Shown here: in pieces, positions 9,873-19,287 of the stretch
How the letters are laid out: every line of letters starts with the position of its first letter
How positions within the stretch are numbered: the stretch's first letter is position 1
From: Alphaproteobacteria bacterium
GTDB lineage: Bacteria; Pseudomonadota; Alphaproteobacteria; Bin95
Direction of reading: 5' to 3'
Assembly (NCBI GenBank): GCA_963665325.3
Contig: CAXXWS020000002.1
Coordinates: forward strand, 448,001 to 512,000
Length of the DNA: 64,000 nt
Program-made: the position numbers and the translations under genes
Notes under the pieces: model-generated
The model's database searches: none
What the model was told of the DNA's origin: nothing
Seen by the model: the letters and a program-made list of their open reading frames with translations, nothing else

Positions 9873-10538
9873 ATGCCCGACCGTTCGCATTCCACCCCCG
9901 ACATCCTCGCCTTCGTCAGCCAGAAGGGAGGGGCCGGCAAGACGACGCTGGCGCTCAATGTCGCCGCCCATGCCGTCCAGGCCGGGCGCCGGGTCACCGT
10001 TCTCGACTGCGACCCCAATTGCTCGGCCGTCATCTGGGGCGACCTCCGCTCCGAGGCCGCGCCCGAGGTCCGCTACTGCCCCTATCTCCGGCTTGAGAGG
10101 GAGATCGACCGGGCCCGGACGAAGGGTTCGGACTTCATCCTGATCGACACGCCGATGGGCGCGGACGGAGGCCCCGTCGCCGGGGCGCGCCATGCCAACC
10201 TGGTGGTGGTCCCCTGCCGGCAGTCTCTCTTCGACCTCGCCGCGATCCGCGCGAGCCTCGATGTGGCCGCGCTAGCCGGCACGCCGGCCGTCGCGGTGCT
10301 GAATGCAGTCCCGACGCGGGCCGCGCACTGGGAGAGCGAGGCGAGGGACCTGCTCGCCGGCCAGGGGGTGCAGATGCTGCCGGCCGCCATCCGCAACCGC
10401 GTCGCCTTCGTGCGCTCGTCCCGCACCGGCCAGGGCGTCGTCGAGTCCGACCCGCGCGGCGCGGCCGCCAACGAGATCCGCGCCGTGGGCGACGCGCTTC
10501 TCGCCTGGCCGGTCCGCGCGCTCAGGGCCGCCGCATGA
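9873..10538 (+). CDS. parA: ParA-family partition ATPase
   Basis: Deviant Walker A QKGGAGKTT, D.DP and IDTP motifs. Confidence 0.92.
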   Translation: MPDRSHSTPDILAFVSQKGGAGKTTLALNVAAHAVQAGRRVTVLDCDPNCSAVIWGDLRSEAAPEVRYCPYLRLEREIDRARTKGSDFILIDTPMGADGGPVAGARHANLVVVPCRQSLFDLAAIRASLDVAALAGTPAVAVLNAVPTRAAHWESEARDLLAGQGVQMLPAAIRNRVAFVRSSRTGQGVVESDPRGAAANEIRAVGDALLAWPVRALRAAA

Positions 10539-11599
10539 GCAAGGAAAAGCGGAACGCCGGCAGCGCGCTGATCGAGCACATCGAGGACTGGCGCACCCGC
10601 AATCCGGCTGCGGCGGCCGGGGCCTCCCACATCGACCCCTCGACTGCGCGCCAGCGGAGCACTTGGCCGATCGGCCTCGACCAGATCGAGATCGGCCCCC
10701 GCTTGCGCGAGGTGGACGAAGCCGCAGTCAAGCAGCTTGCGGAGTCCATGGACCGGATCGGCCTTCAGAACCCGATCCAGGTCCGCCACAATTTCGGGAT
10801 CGACCCCGATACCGGCGAATACGAGCGCGACCTCGACAAGGGCGGGTTCGCGCTCGTCGCCGGCGCCCACCGGGTCGAGGCCGCGAGGCGTCTCGGATGG
10901 GGCCGGATCGAGGCGTTCGTGCTCGACGATCCGAGCCCTGACGAGCTCGCCCTGGTCGAGGTCGACGAGAATCTGGTCCGCACCGAGCTCACGCCTCTGC
11001 ATCGCGGCCGCTTCGTTGCCAGGCGCGAGGAACTCTATAAGAAACTGCACCCCGAAGCTGGGCACGGCGGTGACCGCAAGAGCCTGGAATACCAAGACAA
11101 AATCAAGTCCGAAACTTTAGGTTTTGATTTTTCGTCGCCTTCGTTCGTCGAAGAGACGGCAGAGCTGACCGCGCTTTCCAAAGGCACAGTCGAGCGCGCG
11201 CGGCGCATCGGCAAGCACATCCTCCCCGAACTGCAGGAAGAGCTTGAAGACACGCCTATCGCGCGCCGGGAAGGCGATCTCTACCGGCTGGCGGGCCTTT
11301 CGGAAGGCCAGCAGCGGCGCGCCCTTGAGCGGCTTCGCGAAGCGGAGGAGCCGCCCGAAACGCTCTCCGCGCTGATGCAGAAGACGGACGCGCCGCCCGC
11401 GCACCCGAGGGAGCCCACGCGAGCGCAGCAATTCGCGAAGCTCGAGAGCGCCTGGTCCGGGATCGCGCCGCACGACCGGGTCACCGCACTCCACCGGCTC
11501 TGCCTGTCGATCGACCGCGAGCAGCGCGACACGCTTGTCGAGGCGCTGGCGGTGCGATCCGGCACCGCTTCCCTGGACGGCGGTGCAGACCGGCCATGA
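10535..11599 (+). CDS. parB: ParB N-terminal domain protein
   Basis: LAESM...GLQNPI, LVAGAHRVEA, ENLVR.ELT and HGGDRKS motifs; coupled to parA. Confidence 0.88.
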   Translation: MSKEKRNAGSALIEHIEDWRTRNPAAAAGASHIDPSTARQRSTWPIGLDQIEIGPRLREVDEAAVKQLAESMDRIGLQNPIQVRHNFGIDPDTGEYERDLDKGGFALVAGAHRVEAARRLGWGRIEAFVLDDPSPDELALVEVDENLVRTELTPLHRGRFVARREELYKKLHPEAGHGGDRKSLEYQDKIKSETLGFDFSSPSFVEETAELTALSKGTVERARRIGKHILPELQEELEDTPIARREGDLYRLAGLSEGQQRRALERLREAEEPPETLSALMQKTDAPPAHPREPTRAQQFAKLESAWSGIAPHDRVTALHRLCLSIDREQRDTLVEALAVRSGTASLDGGADRP

Positions 11600-11713
11600 G
11601 CATCCTCAAACGCTTCCCGGTCGGGTCTCACAAGCCCTTGTCGGCGCCGACGAAACTTCTAGTGCGCCCGCAGGTCGACGTGACCAGCGCCGCCGACGCA
11701 CTTGCTGTTTCCG

Positions 11714-11983
11714 CTAACACGTCTCGTTTATGGCCGCCCAGCGATCATGGGAACGTTCGTCCGGACCCGCAAAAGGGTCTTCCTCCCCAATTGTGCCATC
11801 CATCTCCCCCTGGATTTCCTCGAAGTAGTCGCGACGGTGCCGCTCCTCATAACCGACTTCCGGCTCTGGGCCCTCGTCCAGAACGGGTTCGGTCTGCTCT
11901 GCCCTGGCCCGCGCAATCCGGGCTCTCGGATCGTCCAACGGGGACAACCATGGCAAATCCAGGTCACGTTCATCCGACGTCAT
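11714..11983 (-). CDS. Small acidic hypothetical protein
   Basis: AAGGAG RBS; fills the parB-DUF5131 gap on the opposite strand. Confidence 0.45.
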   Translation of the reverse strand: MTSDERDLDLPWLSPLDDPRARIARARAEQTEPVLDEGPEPEVGYEERHRRDYFEEIQGEMDGTIGEEDPFAGPDERSHDRWAAINETC

Positions 11984-12103
11984 CACGCGCTCCTTGTCGT
12001 TCGGCACCCTATTGTAGGATTGGCACCTGCCGCGGAACAGCGCTCTCTCGCCTCAAGACAAGCCTCAACGTCCACCGCCCCCGCCGCTGCCGGGCGCCTT
12101 CCC

Positions 12104-13087
12104 ATGGCTGAGCGCACCGATATCGAGTGGACCGACGCGACCTGGAACCCGGTGACCGGGTGCAGTATCGCCGGCCCCGGCTGCCGGCACTGCTATGCGA
12201 TGCGTCTCGCGGGGAGCCGGTTGAAGAACCACCCCTCGCGCCGCGGCCTGACCAGGCGAGGCAATGCAGGACCGGTATGGACCGGGAAAGTCCGGCTCAA
12301 CGAGCAATGGCTCATCGATCCTCTCCGCCGCCGCGCCCCGAAGCGCATCTTCGTCTGTGCGCATGCCGATCTCTTCCATCCGTCCGTCCCGACGGAATGG
12401 ATCGATCTCGTCCACGCCGTCATGGCGCATGCGCCGCGCCACGACTTCCAGGTCCTGACCAAGCGGTCCGCGCGCATGGAGGCGTATTTCACCGATCCGG
12501 CCCTGGAAGAGAGGGTGAGAGCCGCGTCCCAGGCGCTGCGGCTGAACTATCCCCGCCGGCGCGATCTCGGCCTGCTACCGGAGCGCCCCCTGTTTCCGCT
12601 GCCGAACGAATGGCTCGGGGTTTCCGTCGAGGATGAGCCTCGAACCCTGCGCATCGACCATCTCAGACGAACGCCGGCTGCCTTACGGTTCGTCTCTTTC
12701 GAGCCGCTGCTGGAGTATCTCGGACCTCTCGATCTCAGCGGGATCTCCTGGGCGATCGTCGGAGGCGAGAGCGGCCCCGGGGCGCGCCCGATGCGGATCG
12801 ACTGGGTCCATGCAATTCACGACGCCTGCTTCGACCAGAACGTCGCCTTCTTCTTCAAGCAGTGGGGCGGCACCCGCCCGAAGAGCGCCGGAAGGCTCCT
12901 CGACGGCGCCCTTCACGACACCATCCCGGAACGGCGCGAGGACGGCTCCTGGTTCATCCCGCTCCCGACCGAAAACCACAACTTCAACGAAGCGGTCCGC
13001 AAGATGGAAGTCATCCTGGACAAATGCCGCCCCGACGCGCCGCCCTCCCACCGGGTGCTTTGCGCGGACGGTAGCCGGCTCGCCTGA
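12104..13087 (+). CDS. DUF5131 / phage Gp37-Gp68 family protein
   Basis: IEWTDATWNPVTGC...GC..CYA, QVLTKR, EPLL, GGESG and FFKQWGG motifs. Confidence 0.92.
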   Translation: MAERTDIEWTDATWNPVTGCSIAGPGCRHCYAMRLAGSRLKNHPSRRGLTRRGNAGPVWTGKVRLNEQWLIDPLRRRAPKRIFVCAHADLFHPSVPTEWIDLVHAVMAHAPRHDFQVLTKRSARMEAYFTDPALEERVRAASQALRLNYPRRRDLGLLPERPLFPLPNEWLGVSVEDEPRTLRIDHLRRTPAALRFVSFEPLLEYLGPLDLSGISWAIVGGESGPGARPMRIDWVHAIHDACFDQNVAFFFKQWGGTRPKSAGRLLDGALHDTIPERREDGSWFIPLPTENHNFNEAVRKMEVILDKCRPDAPPSHRVLCADGSRLA

Positions 13088-13091
13088 GCTT

Positions 13092-14147
13092 ATGGCCCGA
13101 AGACGCCACATGGAGCGCGATGCCGCCATCAGCCGCGCCGTCGCTGCCGGCCAGAGCGTCCGCTCCATTGCCGTCGACTACGACCTCGCCGTCTCGACGG
13201 TCTACGGCATCACCCGCCGCGAGGGCTGGACGTTCCATAACGGCCCGAGGCAGAAGCCCGGCTTCTGCGCTCGCGGCTGCTGCCCGCGTCCCCTGCCGCG
13301 CCCGCGCAACCGCTTCTGCAGCCATGAGTGTTTCGTGGCCTGGCGCCGGGCCCATCTTCCCGTCTGCCCCGGATGCGGAGGCAGGGTCGGGCGCCTCTCC
13401 TCCAAGTTCTGCTCGCGCCTCTGCTACCGGCTCTGGCTCCGGGACCGCTGGGCCGAAATCAACGAGGACCGCGACTGCCGCATCCTCATGGAAGCACGGT
13501 CCGGGAGGCCGCTGGCGCGGATCGCCGCCTTCCACGGCGTCAGCCACAGGACGGTCTCGAAGGTCGTCAACGGCCATCGGCAGGAAGACGGCGCCGTTTG
13601 CTCGGCTCCCGGCTGCCAGGCTCCGCTCCCACGGCGCCGGCTGCGTTTCTGCAGCGCCTCCTGCCGCCGGGCCTGGAACGAGGCACAGAGGCCGCCCTGC
13701 GCGAACGGTTGCGGCGCCCGCGCCAGCCGGCGCTCGGGTCGGTTCTGCGGCTCGCGCTGCCATGCCGCTCATGCCGCAGGCGAGGCCCGCCGGCGCAATC
13801 TCGTCCGCGACACATTCATGGTCCTCGCCGCGGCCGCCGGCGTGCCGCCCGCGGAGATCGCGCTCCGGACCGGCCTCAGCAAAGGCTATGTCTCGCAGAT
13901 CGTCCGCCGCCGCGACCGCCGTCTTCTTTCCGCCCCCGATCGCAAGGAGTCCGTCAGCATGTCCAGCATGCACATCCTGCCCGACGACCCCGACTGCCCG
14001 GATTGCGGCGCCCGCATGTGGAGCCGCACCGCACCCCGGACGAGGGAGTGCCAGGCATGCGGGTTCGTCCAGCATCTCGAGACGCTCGAAGAGAACGCAG
14101 AGCGTCTCCAGCGCGAAATCGACGCCGAAATCGCAAGCGGTGCCTGA
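13092..14147 (+). CDS. Protein with three HTH-like modules alternating with C..C-x-FCS..C zinc-finger pairs
   Basis: Repeated RD..I...A.G...IA...G.S..TV modules, four FC(S/G)..C motifs and a terminal CPDC...CQAC ribbon. Confidence 0.65.
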   Translation: MARRRHMERDAAISRAVAAGQSVRSIAVDYDLAVSTVYGITRREGWTFHNGPRQKPGFCARGCCPRPLPRPRNRFCSHECFVAWRRAHLPVCPGCGGRVGRLSSKFCSRLCYRLWLRDRWAEINEDRDCRILMEARSGRPLARIAAFHGVSHRTVSKVVNGHRQEDGAVCSAPGCQAPLPRRRLRFCSASCRRAWNEAQRPPCANGCGARASRRSGRFCGSRCHAAHAAGEARRRNLVRDTFMVLAAAAGVPPAEIALRTGLSKGYVSQIVRRRDRRLLSAPDRKESVSMSSMHILPDDPDCPDCGARMWSRTAPRTRECQACGFVQHLETLEENAERLQREIDAEIASGA

Positions 14148-14191
14148 CTGCCGCACGCCTTTCCCCCGAATCCCCGCCCCTGGAGGACGAC

Positions 14192-14419
14192 ATGACCCCG
14201 GCAATCCCACCCCGCCTGTTCTACCCGGAACCGCTGTTCATGCACGACACGGCGCGCTGCCGCTGTTGCGGCTGTCACGACCTGGACGCCTGCGTGGACG
14301 AGGACTCCGACATGGCGTGCTGGTGGGTCGAGCCCGATCTCTGCTCGGCCTGCGCTGCCGAGCTGGCCGCAGGGCTCGATCCGGAAATGGCCGGCCTCTA
14401 TGCCGGGGACGGGGAATGA
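14192..14419 (+). CDS. Small Cys-rich protein (CRCCGC..D..AC...C.WVE.DLCSAC)
   Basis: GGAGG RBS; motif typical of small phage zinc-binding proteins. Confidence 0.7.
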   Translation: MTPAIPPRLFYPEPLFMHDTARCRCCGCHDLDACVDEDSDMACWWVEPDLCSACAAELAAGLDPEMAGLYAGDGE

Positions 14420-15132
14420 CCCCCGCGCCCCATGACCGGGCCCGGACGGGACGGCGGTGCGCCTGCCGGCTCCTTGCAGCTGCCGCGCTCGCCGCCTGTC
14501 TCTCCTGGCCCGCCGGGGCGGAGGTGATTTCCGGGAAGGCCCGCGTGGTGGACGGCGACACGCTTGCCGTTGCCGGCCAGCGCATCCGCCTCGACGGGAT
14601 CGACGCCCCCGAGACGCGGCAGACCTGCCGGCGCAACGGACGGCGATGGGCCTGCGGGAAAGCCGCGACGAAGGCCATGCGCCGCCTCATCGGCCGGAAC
14701 CCGGTGCGCTGCGAGGTCAGCGACCGGGACCGCTACGGTCGTGCGGTCGCGACCTGCCATGCGGCCGGCCGGGACCTGCAGCAGGAACTGGTCCGCCAGG
14801 GTCTGGCGCTGGTCTACCGGCGCTACTCGACCCGCTACGTCCCCGAGGAGGATGCCGCGCGCCGGGAGCGCGCCGGCCTCTGGTCCGGGGCGTTCGAGGA
14901 GCCCTGGAACTGGCGCCGGCAGCGCCGCGAACGCAGGCAAACCCGGAACCCGCCGTCCCGCAATGGCGGTTCCTGCCTCATCAAGGGCAACATCTCCCGG
15001 AACGGCCGCATCTACCATGTGCCGGGCGGCGAACATTACGACCGGACCCGCATCGACGAATCCCGGGGCGAGCGCTGGTTCTGCACGGAGGCCGGGGCGC
15101 GGGCCGCCGGCTGGCGTCGCGCCCGGCGGTGA
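14416..15132 (+). CDS. Secreted thermonuclease (SNase) family protein with an ExoI-like C-terminal domain
   Basis: Signal peptide; VVDGDT, IRLDGIDAPE, DRYGR and C.IKGNI...WFC.E..A..AGWR motifs. Confidence 0.9.
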   Translation: MTPAPHDRARTGRRCACRLLAAAALAACLSWPAGAEVISGKARVVDGDTLAVAGQRIRLDGIDAPETRQTCRRNGRRWACGKAATKAMRRLIGRNPVRCEVSDRDRYGRAVATCHAAGRDLQQELVRQGLALVYRRYSTRYVPEEDAARRERAGLWSGAFEEPWNWRRQRRERRQTRNPPSRNGGSCLIKGNISRNGRIYHVPGGEHYDRTRIDESRGERWFCTEAGARAAGWRRARR

Positions 15133-15234
15133 GTGCGTCTTGCCGGCTATGCCCCGAAGGAACGCCGCAGCCCGTTGCCGCCCCGCGCGCGCGGGGCCAG
15201 AGCGTCCCGTCTTTCGAAACCCGAAGGACGGGAC

Positions 15235-16824
15235 ATGACAACGGACGGCTCCCCGATCGCGCGCTTCGCGATCTATGCGCGCTATTCTTCCCCCTTGCAG
15301 GAGATGACCTCGATCGCAGGCCAGCTCCGCCTCTGCCGCGACCGCGTCGCCACTCTGGGCGGCGTGATCGCGGACGAATACACCGACCCGGAGCTTTCGG
15401 GCACGGCCATGCAGTTGCGCCCGGGGCTCCGGCAGCTGATCGAGGACGCCCGCGCGAGACGGTTCGACGCCGTCTACGTCGAAGCTCTCGACCGGCTCGC
15501 CAGGAGCCAGGCCGACATGACTTGGCTCTATCGGGAGCTCCGGTTCCTGGGGATCGACCTGTACAGCCTGGAGGACGGGCAGGTCGACGCCCTGCATGCC
15601 GGCATCAAGGCAATAGTGAGCGAGATGTTCATCGAAAATATCGGCAACAAGACGCGCCGCGGCCAGATCGAGGCCGTGCATGATCTTCGCCTCATCGGGT
15701 CCAGCGTCTATGGCTACAGGATCGCCAACCGCATCGACGAGAGCGGGAAGCCTGTCCGCGGGCTGCGGACCGTCGAACCCGGGGAAGCGGAGGTCGTGCG
15801 GCGCATCTACCGGCTCTATCTGGACGGCATGAGCCCCACCCAGATCGTCCGCCTGCTCGACCGGGAAGACGTGCCCGGCCCGGACGGGGAACCCTGGACG
15901 GTCCGCACCGTGCGCGGCACCAGCCAGAACGGCATCCTGCGCAACGAGATCTATTGCGGGCGGCTGATATACGGGCGCACCCGCAGCCGGCGCCATCCGG
16001 ACACCGGGCGGCGCCATTTCGATGCCGTCCCCCGCGAGCAATGGACCATTACCGAGGCGCCGGAGCTGCGCATCGTCGACGAGGAGACCTTTCAGGCCGT
16101 CCAGGACGAGGTGCAGCGCCGCCGCCGCCGCCACCACGCCGTGGTGACGCCGCAGCGCAAGGCGGCCTATCCGCTGACCGCCAGGGTCCGCTGCGGCCTT
16201 TGCGGCTCGCACATGATCATTGCGGACAGGAACACCTATCGCTGCGTGACCCGCCGGCGCGACCCGGAGAGCTGCAACAACGGCCGCGGCATCCTGCTGG
16301 AGGACCTGGAGGATAGTGCCGCCCGGCAGCTCTTCGGCTGGCTGCTGTCCCGCGACCGCGACTGGCAGGACATGTTCGCGGCCGCCGGGCGCGAGAACGC
16401 CGGGCGCCGCCGCATCCTCCAGGAGCGGGCCGGGGACGCCACCGACGGGATCGGCCGCCTGCTCGCCGTGATCGAAAGCGGCATCCCCTCGACCAGCATC
16501 GGCGACCGGGTTCTCGAGCTTGAGCGCGCCCGCAACGAAGCGTTAGCAGAACTGGAGCGAATGCCGGAACCGCCGCCGCCCGCCAGTTTCGACGTCAGGG
16601 CGTTCATGCGCGGGCGCGTCGCCGAGTTCCGGCGCGCCGTCGCCGGTAGCGCGCGGACCGACCGGCGCGAGCAGGTGCTGCTCGTCCTCCGCGACCTGAT
16701 CGCCCATATCGAGGTGCGCCCGTCCGACGGCCCCGAACGGGTCGAGGTGGAGACGGCCCCCGACATCCCGGCGATCGTCGAGATGATTTCGCGCCATGCC
16801 GCCGCCGGCGAACGCGGCGCATGA
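15235..16824 (+). CDS. Large serine recombinase
   Basis: YARYSS catalytic serine, LDRLAR, recombinase domain (YGY...ILRNEIY.G), zinc ribbon CGLCG and a coiled coil. Confidence 0.92.
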   Translation: MTTDGSPIARFAIYARYSSPLQEMTSIAGQLRLCRDRVATLGGVIADEYTDPELSGTAMQLRPGLRQLIEDARARRFDAVYVEALDRLARSQADMTWLYRELRFLGIDLYSLEDGQVDALHAGIKAIVSEMFIENIGNKTRRGQIEAVHDLRLIGSSVYGYRIANRIDESGKPVRGLRTVEPGEAEVVRRIYRLYLDGMSPTQIVRLLDREDVPGPDGEPWTVRTVRGTSQNGILRNEIYCGRLIYGRTRSRRHPDTGRRHFDAVPREQWTITEAPELRIVDEETFQAVQDEVQRRRRRHHAVVTPQRKAAYPLTARVRCGLCGSHMIIADRNTYRCVTRRRDPESCNNGRGILLEDLEDSAARQLFGWLLSRDRDWQDMFAAAGRENAGRRRILQERAGDATDGIGRLLAVIESGIPSTSIGDRVLELERARNEALAELERMPEPPPPASFDVRAFMRGRVAEFRRAVAGSARTDRREQVLLVLRDLIAHIEVRPSDGPERVEVETAPDIPAIVEMISRHAAAGERGA

Positions 16825-16938
16825 AACCCGCAAGTGTGAGGAAAGCCTGACCCCTGAACCCGAGGGTGCGGTCAAGCCGCGCCCCCTGTCTGCCGGCCCG
16901 GCCGGCCCTGTCACGACAACCCCAGGAGGAACGCTCCC

Positions 16939-17307
16939 ATGTCCAACGTCATCCCGATCGAGCCATACCTGTGGGACCAGGACGCGTCCGAATATCTGTA
17001 TCCGGACGAGGACTTCCACGAATACGACTACGAGCCGCTGCCCGAGCCGGTGCCGGTCTACGAGCCGCGCCCGAAGACCTACGACCTCCAGAAGCTCTCC
17101 GAGCTCACCGCAAAGCTCGGGCGGGAGTCCGGCTTCAATCTCGGCATCGACGAGACCGCGGTCGAGGCCGCCTTCCACTTCGCGAAGGAGCAGGCCGGGC
17201 GCATGGAGGTCCCGCTGGAGCAGGCGCTGGAGATCGCGGGCTGGGCCATTCTCAACTACGAGCGCGGGCGCCGCGACCCGGAACTCTACAGGATCCGGCC
17301 GTTCTGA
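16939..17307 (+). CDS. Acidic hypothetical protein
   Basis: AGGAGG RBS; high-GC3 codon usage. Confidence 0.75.
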   Translation: MSNVIPIEPYLWDQDASEYLYPDEDFHEYDYEPLPEPVPVYEPRPKTYDLQKLSELTAKLGRESGFNLGIDETAVEAAFHFAKEQAGRMEVPLEQALEIAGWAILNYERGRRDPELYRIRPF

Positions 17308-17418
17308 AGCGCCGCCAACCATAACCTCCTCGCCGCGCCGCCGGTCGCTGCCCCGGCAACCCCGGAGCCGGAAATGTCCGGGGCGCCTCGGGAGGGCCAG
17401 GAAGAGGGAGGCGGCGCC

Positions 17419-18447
17419 ATGCGTGGCGATCCAGCGCCAACACACAGCCTGAAGGACCTGAACGCCTTGCTGGCGGCCGATATCGAGGCCGTTTGCCGAC
17501 ATTACCTTCCGAACGGGAAGCGCAACGGCAACTACTGGCAGGTGGGCAGCACCGCCGGCGAGGAGGGCGCCTCGCTGCGCATCAACCTGTCCGGGCGCTG
17601 GCGTGGACGCTGGAGGGACTGGGCCAACCCGAAGGACCGGGGCAGCCCCCTCGACCTGATCCGCGCCGTGCGCAACTACGCCAGCATCGGGGAAGCGGCC
17701 GCCGAGGTGCGCCGCTACCTGGCGCTTCCGGCATATGAGCGGCCCCGGTGCGGTCCCCGCCGCCCGGACGGCGCGCCGGAGGCGCAGACGGGCCTGGAAC
17801 GGGTGCTCGAGGGCGCGAAGACGATCGGGGCAGACGACCCGGCCGGGCGTTATCTCGCCTCGCGCGGCCTCGCCATAGAGGACGCCCGCGCCGCCGGGCT
17901 GCGCTTCCGCCCCGACACCTGGGTCCAGGTGGACGGCAAGAAATGCGAGCTGCCGGCCCTGCTCGCGCCGATCCGCGCGCTCGACGGCACGCTGGAGGGC
18001 CTGCAGCGGATATTCCTCGCCCCGGACGGAAGCAAGGCCTCGATCCCGGACCCGAAACGGACCAGCGGGCGGCTCTTCTCCGGCGCCGTGCGCTGGCCCA
18101 TGTCCGGGGCGAGCCGCATGGTGCTGACCGAGGGGATCGAGGACGCGCTCGCCGTCATAAGGGCACTCGGCGCCGGCCGGCCTCACGATATCGCCGTCGC
18201 GGCCGCGATCTCCGCCGGGCGCGTCCACCGCGTCGGCCTCTCCCCGGACATCCGGCGCGTGACGCTCGTCCAGGACCGCGACATGGCGGGCGAACAGGCA
18301 TGGGTCGCACTCTGCCGCGAGCATGGAGGCTCCGCCCTGCTGCTCGACCGGATCATTCCCGGCAAGAAGGACGCCAATGACGAGCTCCTCGCGCTCGGCC
18401 CCGCCGGGTTCCTGGCGAGGCTCGCGGCCCAGGGACTGTCCGGCTGA
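17419..18447 (+). CDS. Toprim-domain (primase-like) protein, copy 1
   Basis: AVCRHYLP.G...W..G...GE.G.SL; YLASRGL; TEGIEDAL; D.D.AG; KDAND. Confidence 0.85.
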   Translation: MRGDPAPTHSLKDLNALLAADIEAVCRHYLPNGKRNGNYWQVGSTAGEEGASLRINLSGRWRGRWRDWANPKDRGSPLDLIRAVRNYASIGEAAAEVRRYLALPAYERPRCGPRRPDGAPEAQTGLERVLEGAKTIGADDPAGRYLASRGLAIEDARAAGLRFRPDTWVQVDGKKCELPALLAPIRALDGTLEGLQRIFLAPDGSKASIPDPKRTSGRLFSGAVRWPMSGASRMVLTEGIEDALAVIRALGAGRPHDIAVAAAISAGRVHRVGLSPDIRRVTLVQDRDMAGEQAWVALCREHGGSALLLDRIIPGKKDANDELLALGPAGFLARLAAQGLSG

Positions 18448-18618
18448 CACGGGGGCTGCAGGGCCACCGCCGCGCACGCCGCAGCCCTCCCGCCGGCGCC
18501 TCCGTTCCCGGCCGGCCGCCGGAAGTTGGGGAAGGGGTTGCCGAGGTATCGATGCGGGCGCGGCTTGCTTCCGGCCCGTTCCGATCCCATACTCCCCAAC
18601 GGACAGGAGACGAGGCAC

Positions 18619-19161
18619 ATGACCTCTCCCGAAACCCCTTCCCCGGAACCGCAGCGCAGCATGTTCGGCATCGGTGACGGCAGCTGGAAGGCGATGATCC
18701 CGGCCGCCACCGTGCTCACCTTTTTCGTGCTCTTTCTGGTCGGGATACTCGGCTGGTTCGACAGTCGCATCGACGGGGTCGAAATGCGCCTGACCGCCCA
18801 GATCGTCGAGGTGAAGGCGGATCTGACGAACCGGATTGATGAGGTTAAGGCAGACCTCAGAGCAACCGAGACTCGCCTGTCCGACCGGATCGACCGGGTC
18901 GAGACTCGCCTGTCGGACCGGATCGACCGGGTAGAGACCGATCTCGGCACCCGCATCGACGGGGTGAAGGCGGAACTGGCTGCGAGCGAGGCGCGCCGCG
19001 CGGCCGTGGATGCGCAGCTTTCCGCCGATATCGAGCAGGTCTCCGCCGGTGTCGCGGAGAACCGGGCCGCGCATCGCGAGCTCGCCGGCTTCGTGCGCGC
19101 CAGCCGCTCGCAGGAGCCGCCTCCGGCGAGCGACCGGCCGGGTCCCGCACCGCCGCAGTAG
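18619..19161 (+). CDS. Membrane-anchored protein with an 11-aa coiled-coil repeat
   Basis: One TM helix, then RID.VE(T/K)RL repeats; AGGAG RBS; candidate promoter TTGCTT-17-CATACT upstream. Confidence 0.8.
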   Translation: MTSPETPSPEPQRSMFGIGDGSWKAMIPAATVLTFFVLFLVGILGWFDSRIDGVEMRLTAQIVEVKADLTNRIDEVKADLRATETRLSDRIDRVETRLSDRIDRVETDLGTRIDGVKAELAASEARRAAVDAQLSADIEQVSAGVAENRAAHRELAGFVRASRSQEPPPASDRPGPAPPQ

Positions 19162-19287
19162 CCGCACGCACCCCATAGCCGGCGCCGTTTTCGCCCCTTC
19201 CCGGCCCAAGGTCGGGAAGGGGTTTTTCGTGGCGATCCGCGCGGGCCGTCCTGTTCGCGCGTCCCTCCACGACAGGAGACGCTGCCC

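Noticed and set aside
11702-12103. N-terminal extensions given by the ORF track for DUF5131 (also ParA, IcmB and zinc-finger protein B)
   Set aside because: Family homology and RBS positions point to later starts (12104, 9873, 61667 and 21138)
6125-18447. Prophage
   Set aside because: Phage-like Rep, DUF5131 and small Cys proteins occur, but no terminase, capsid, tail or lysis genes; the context is conjugative
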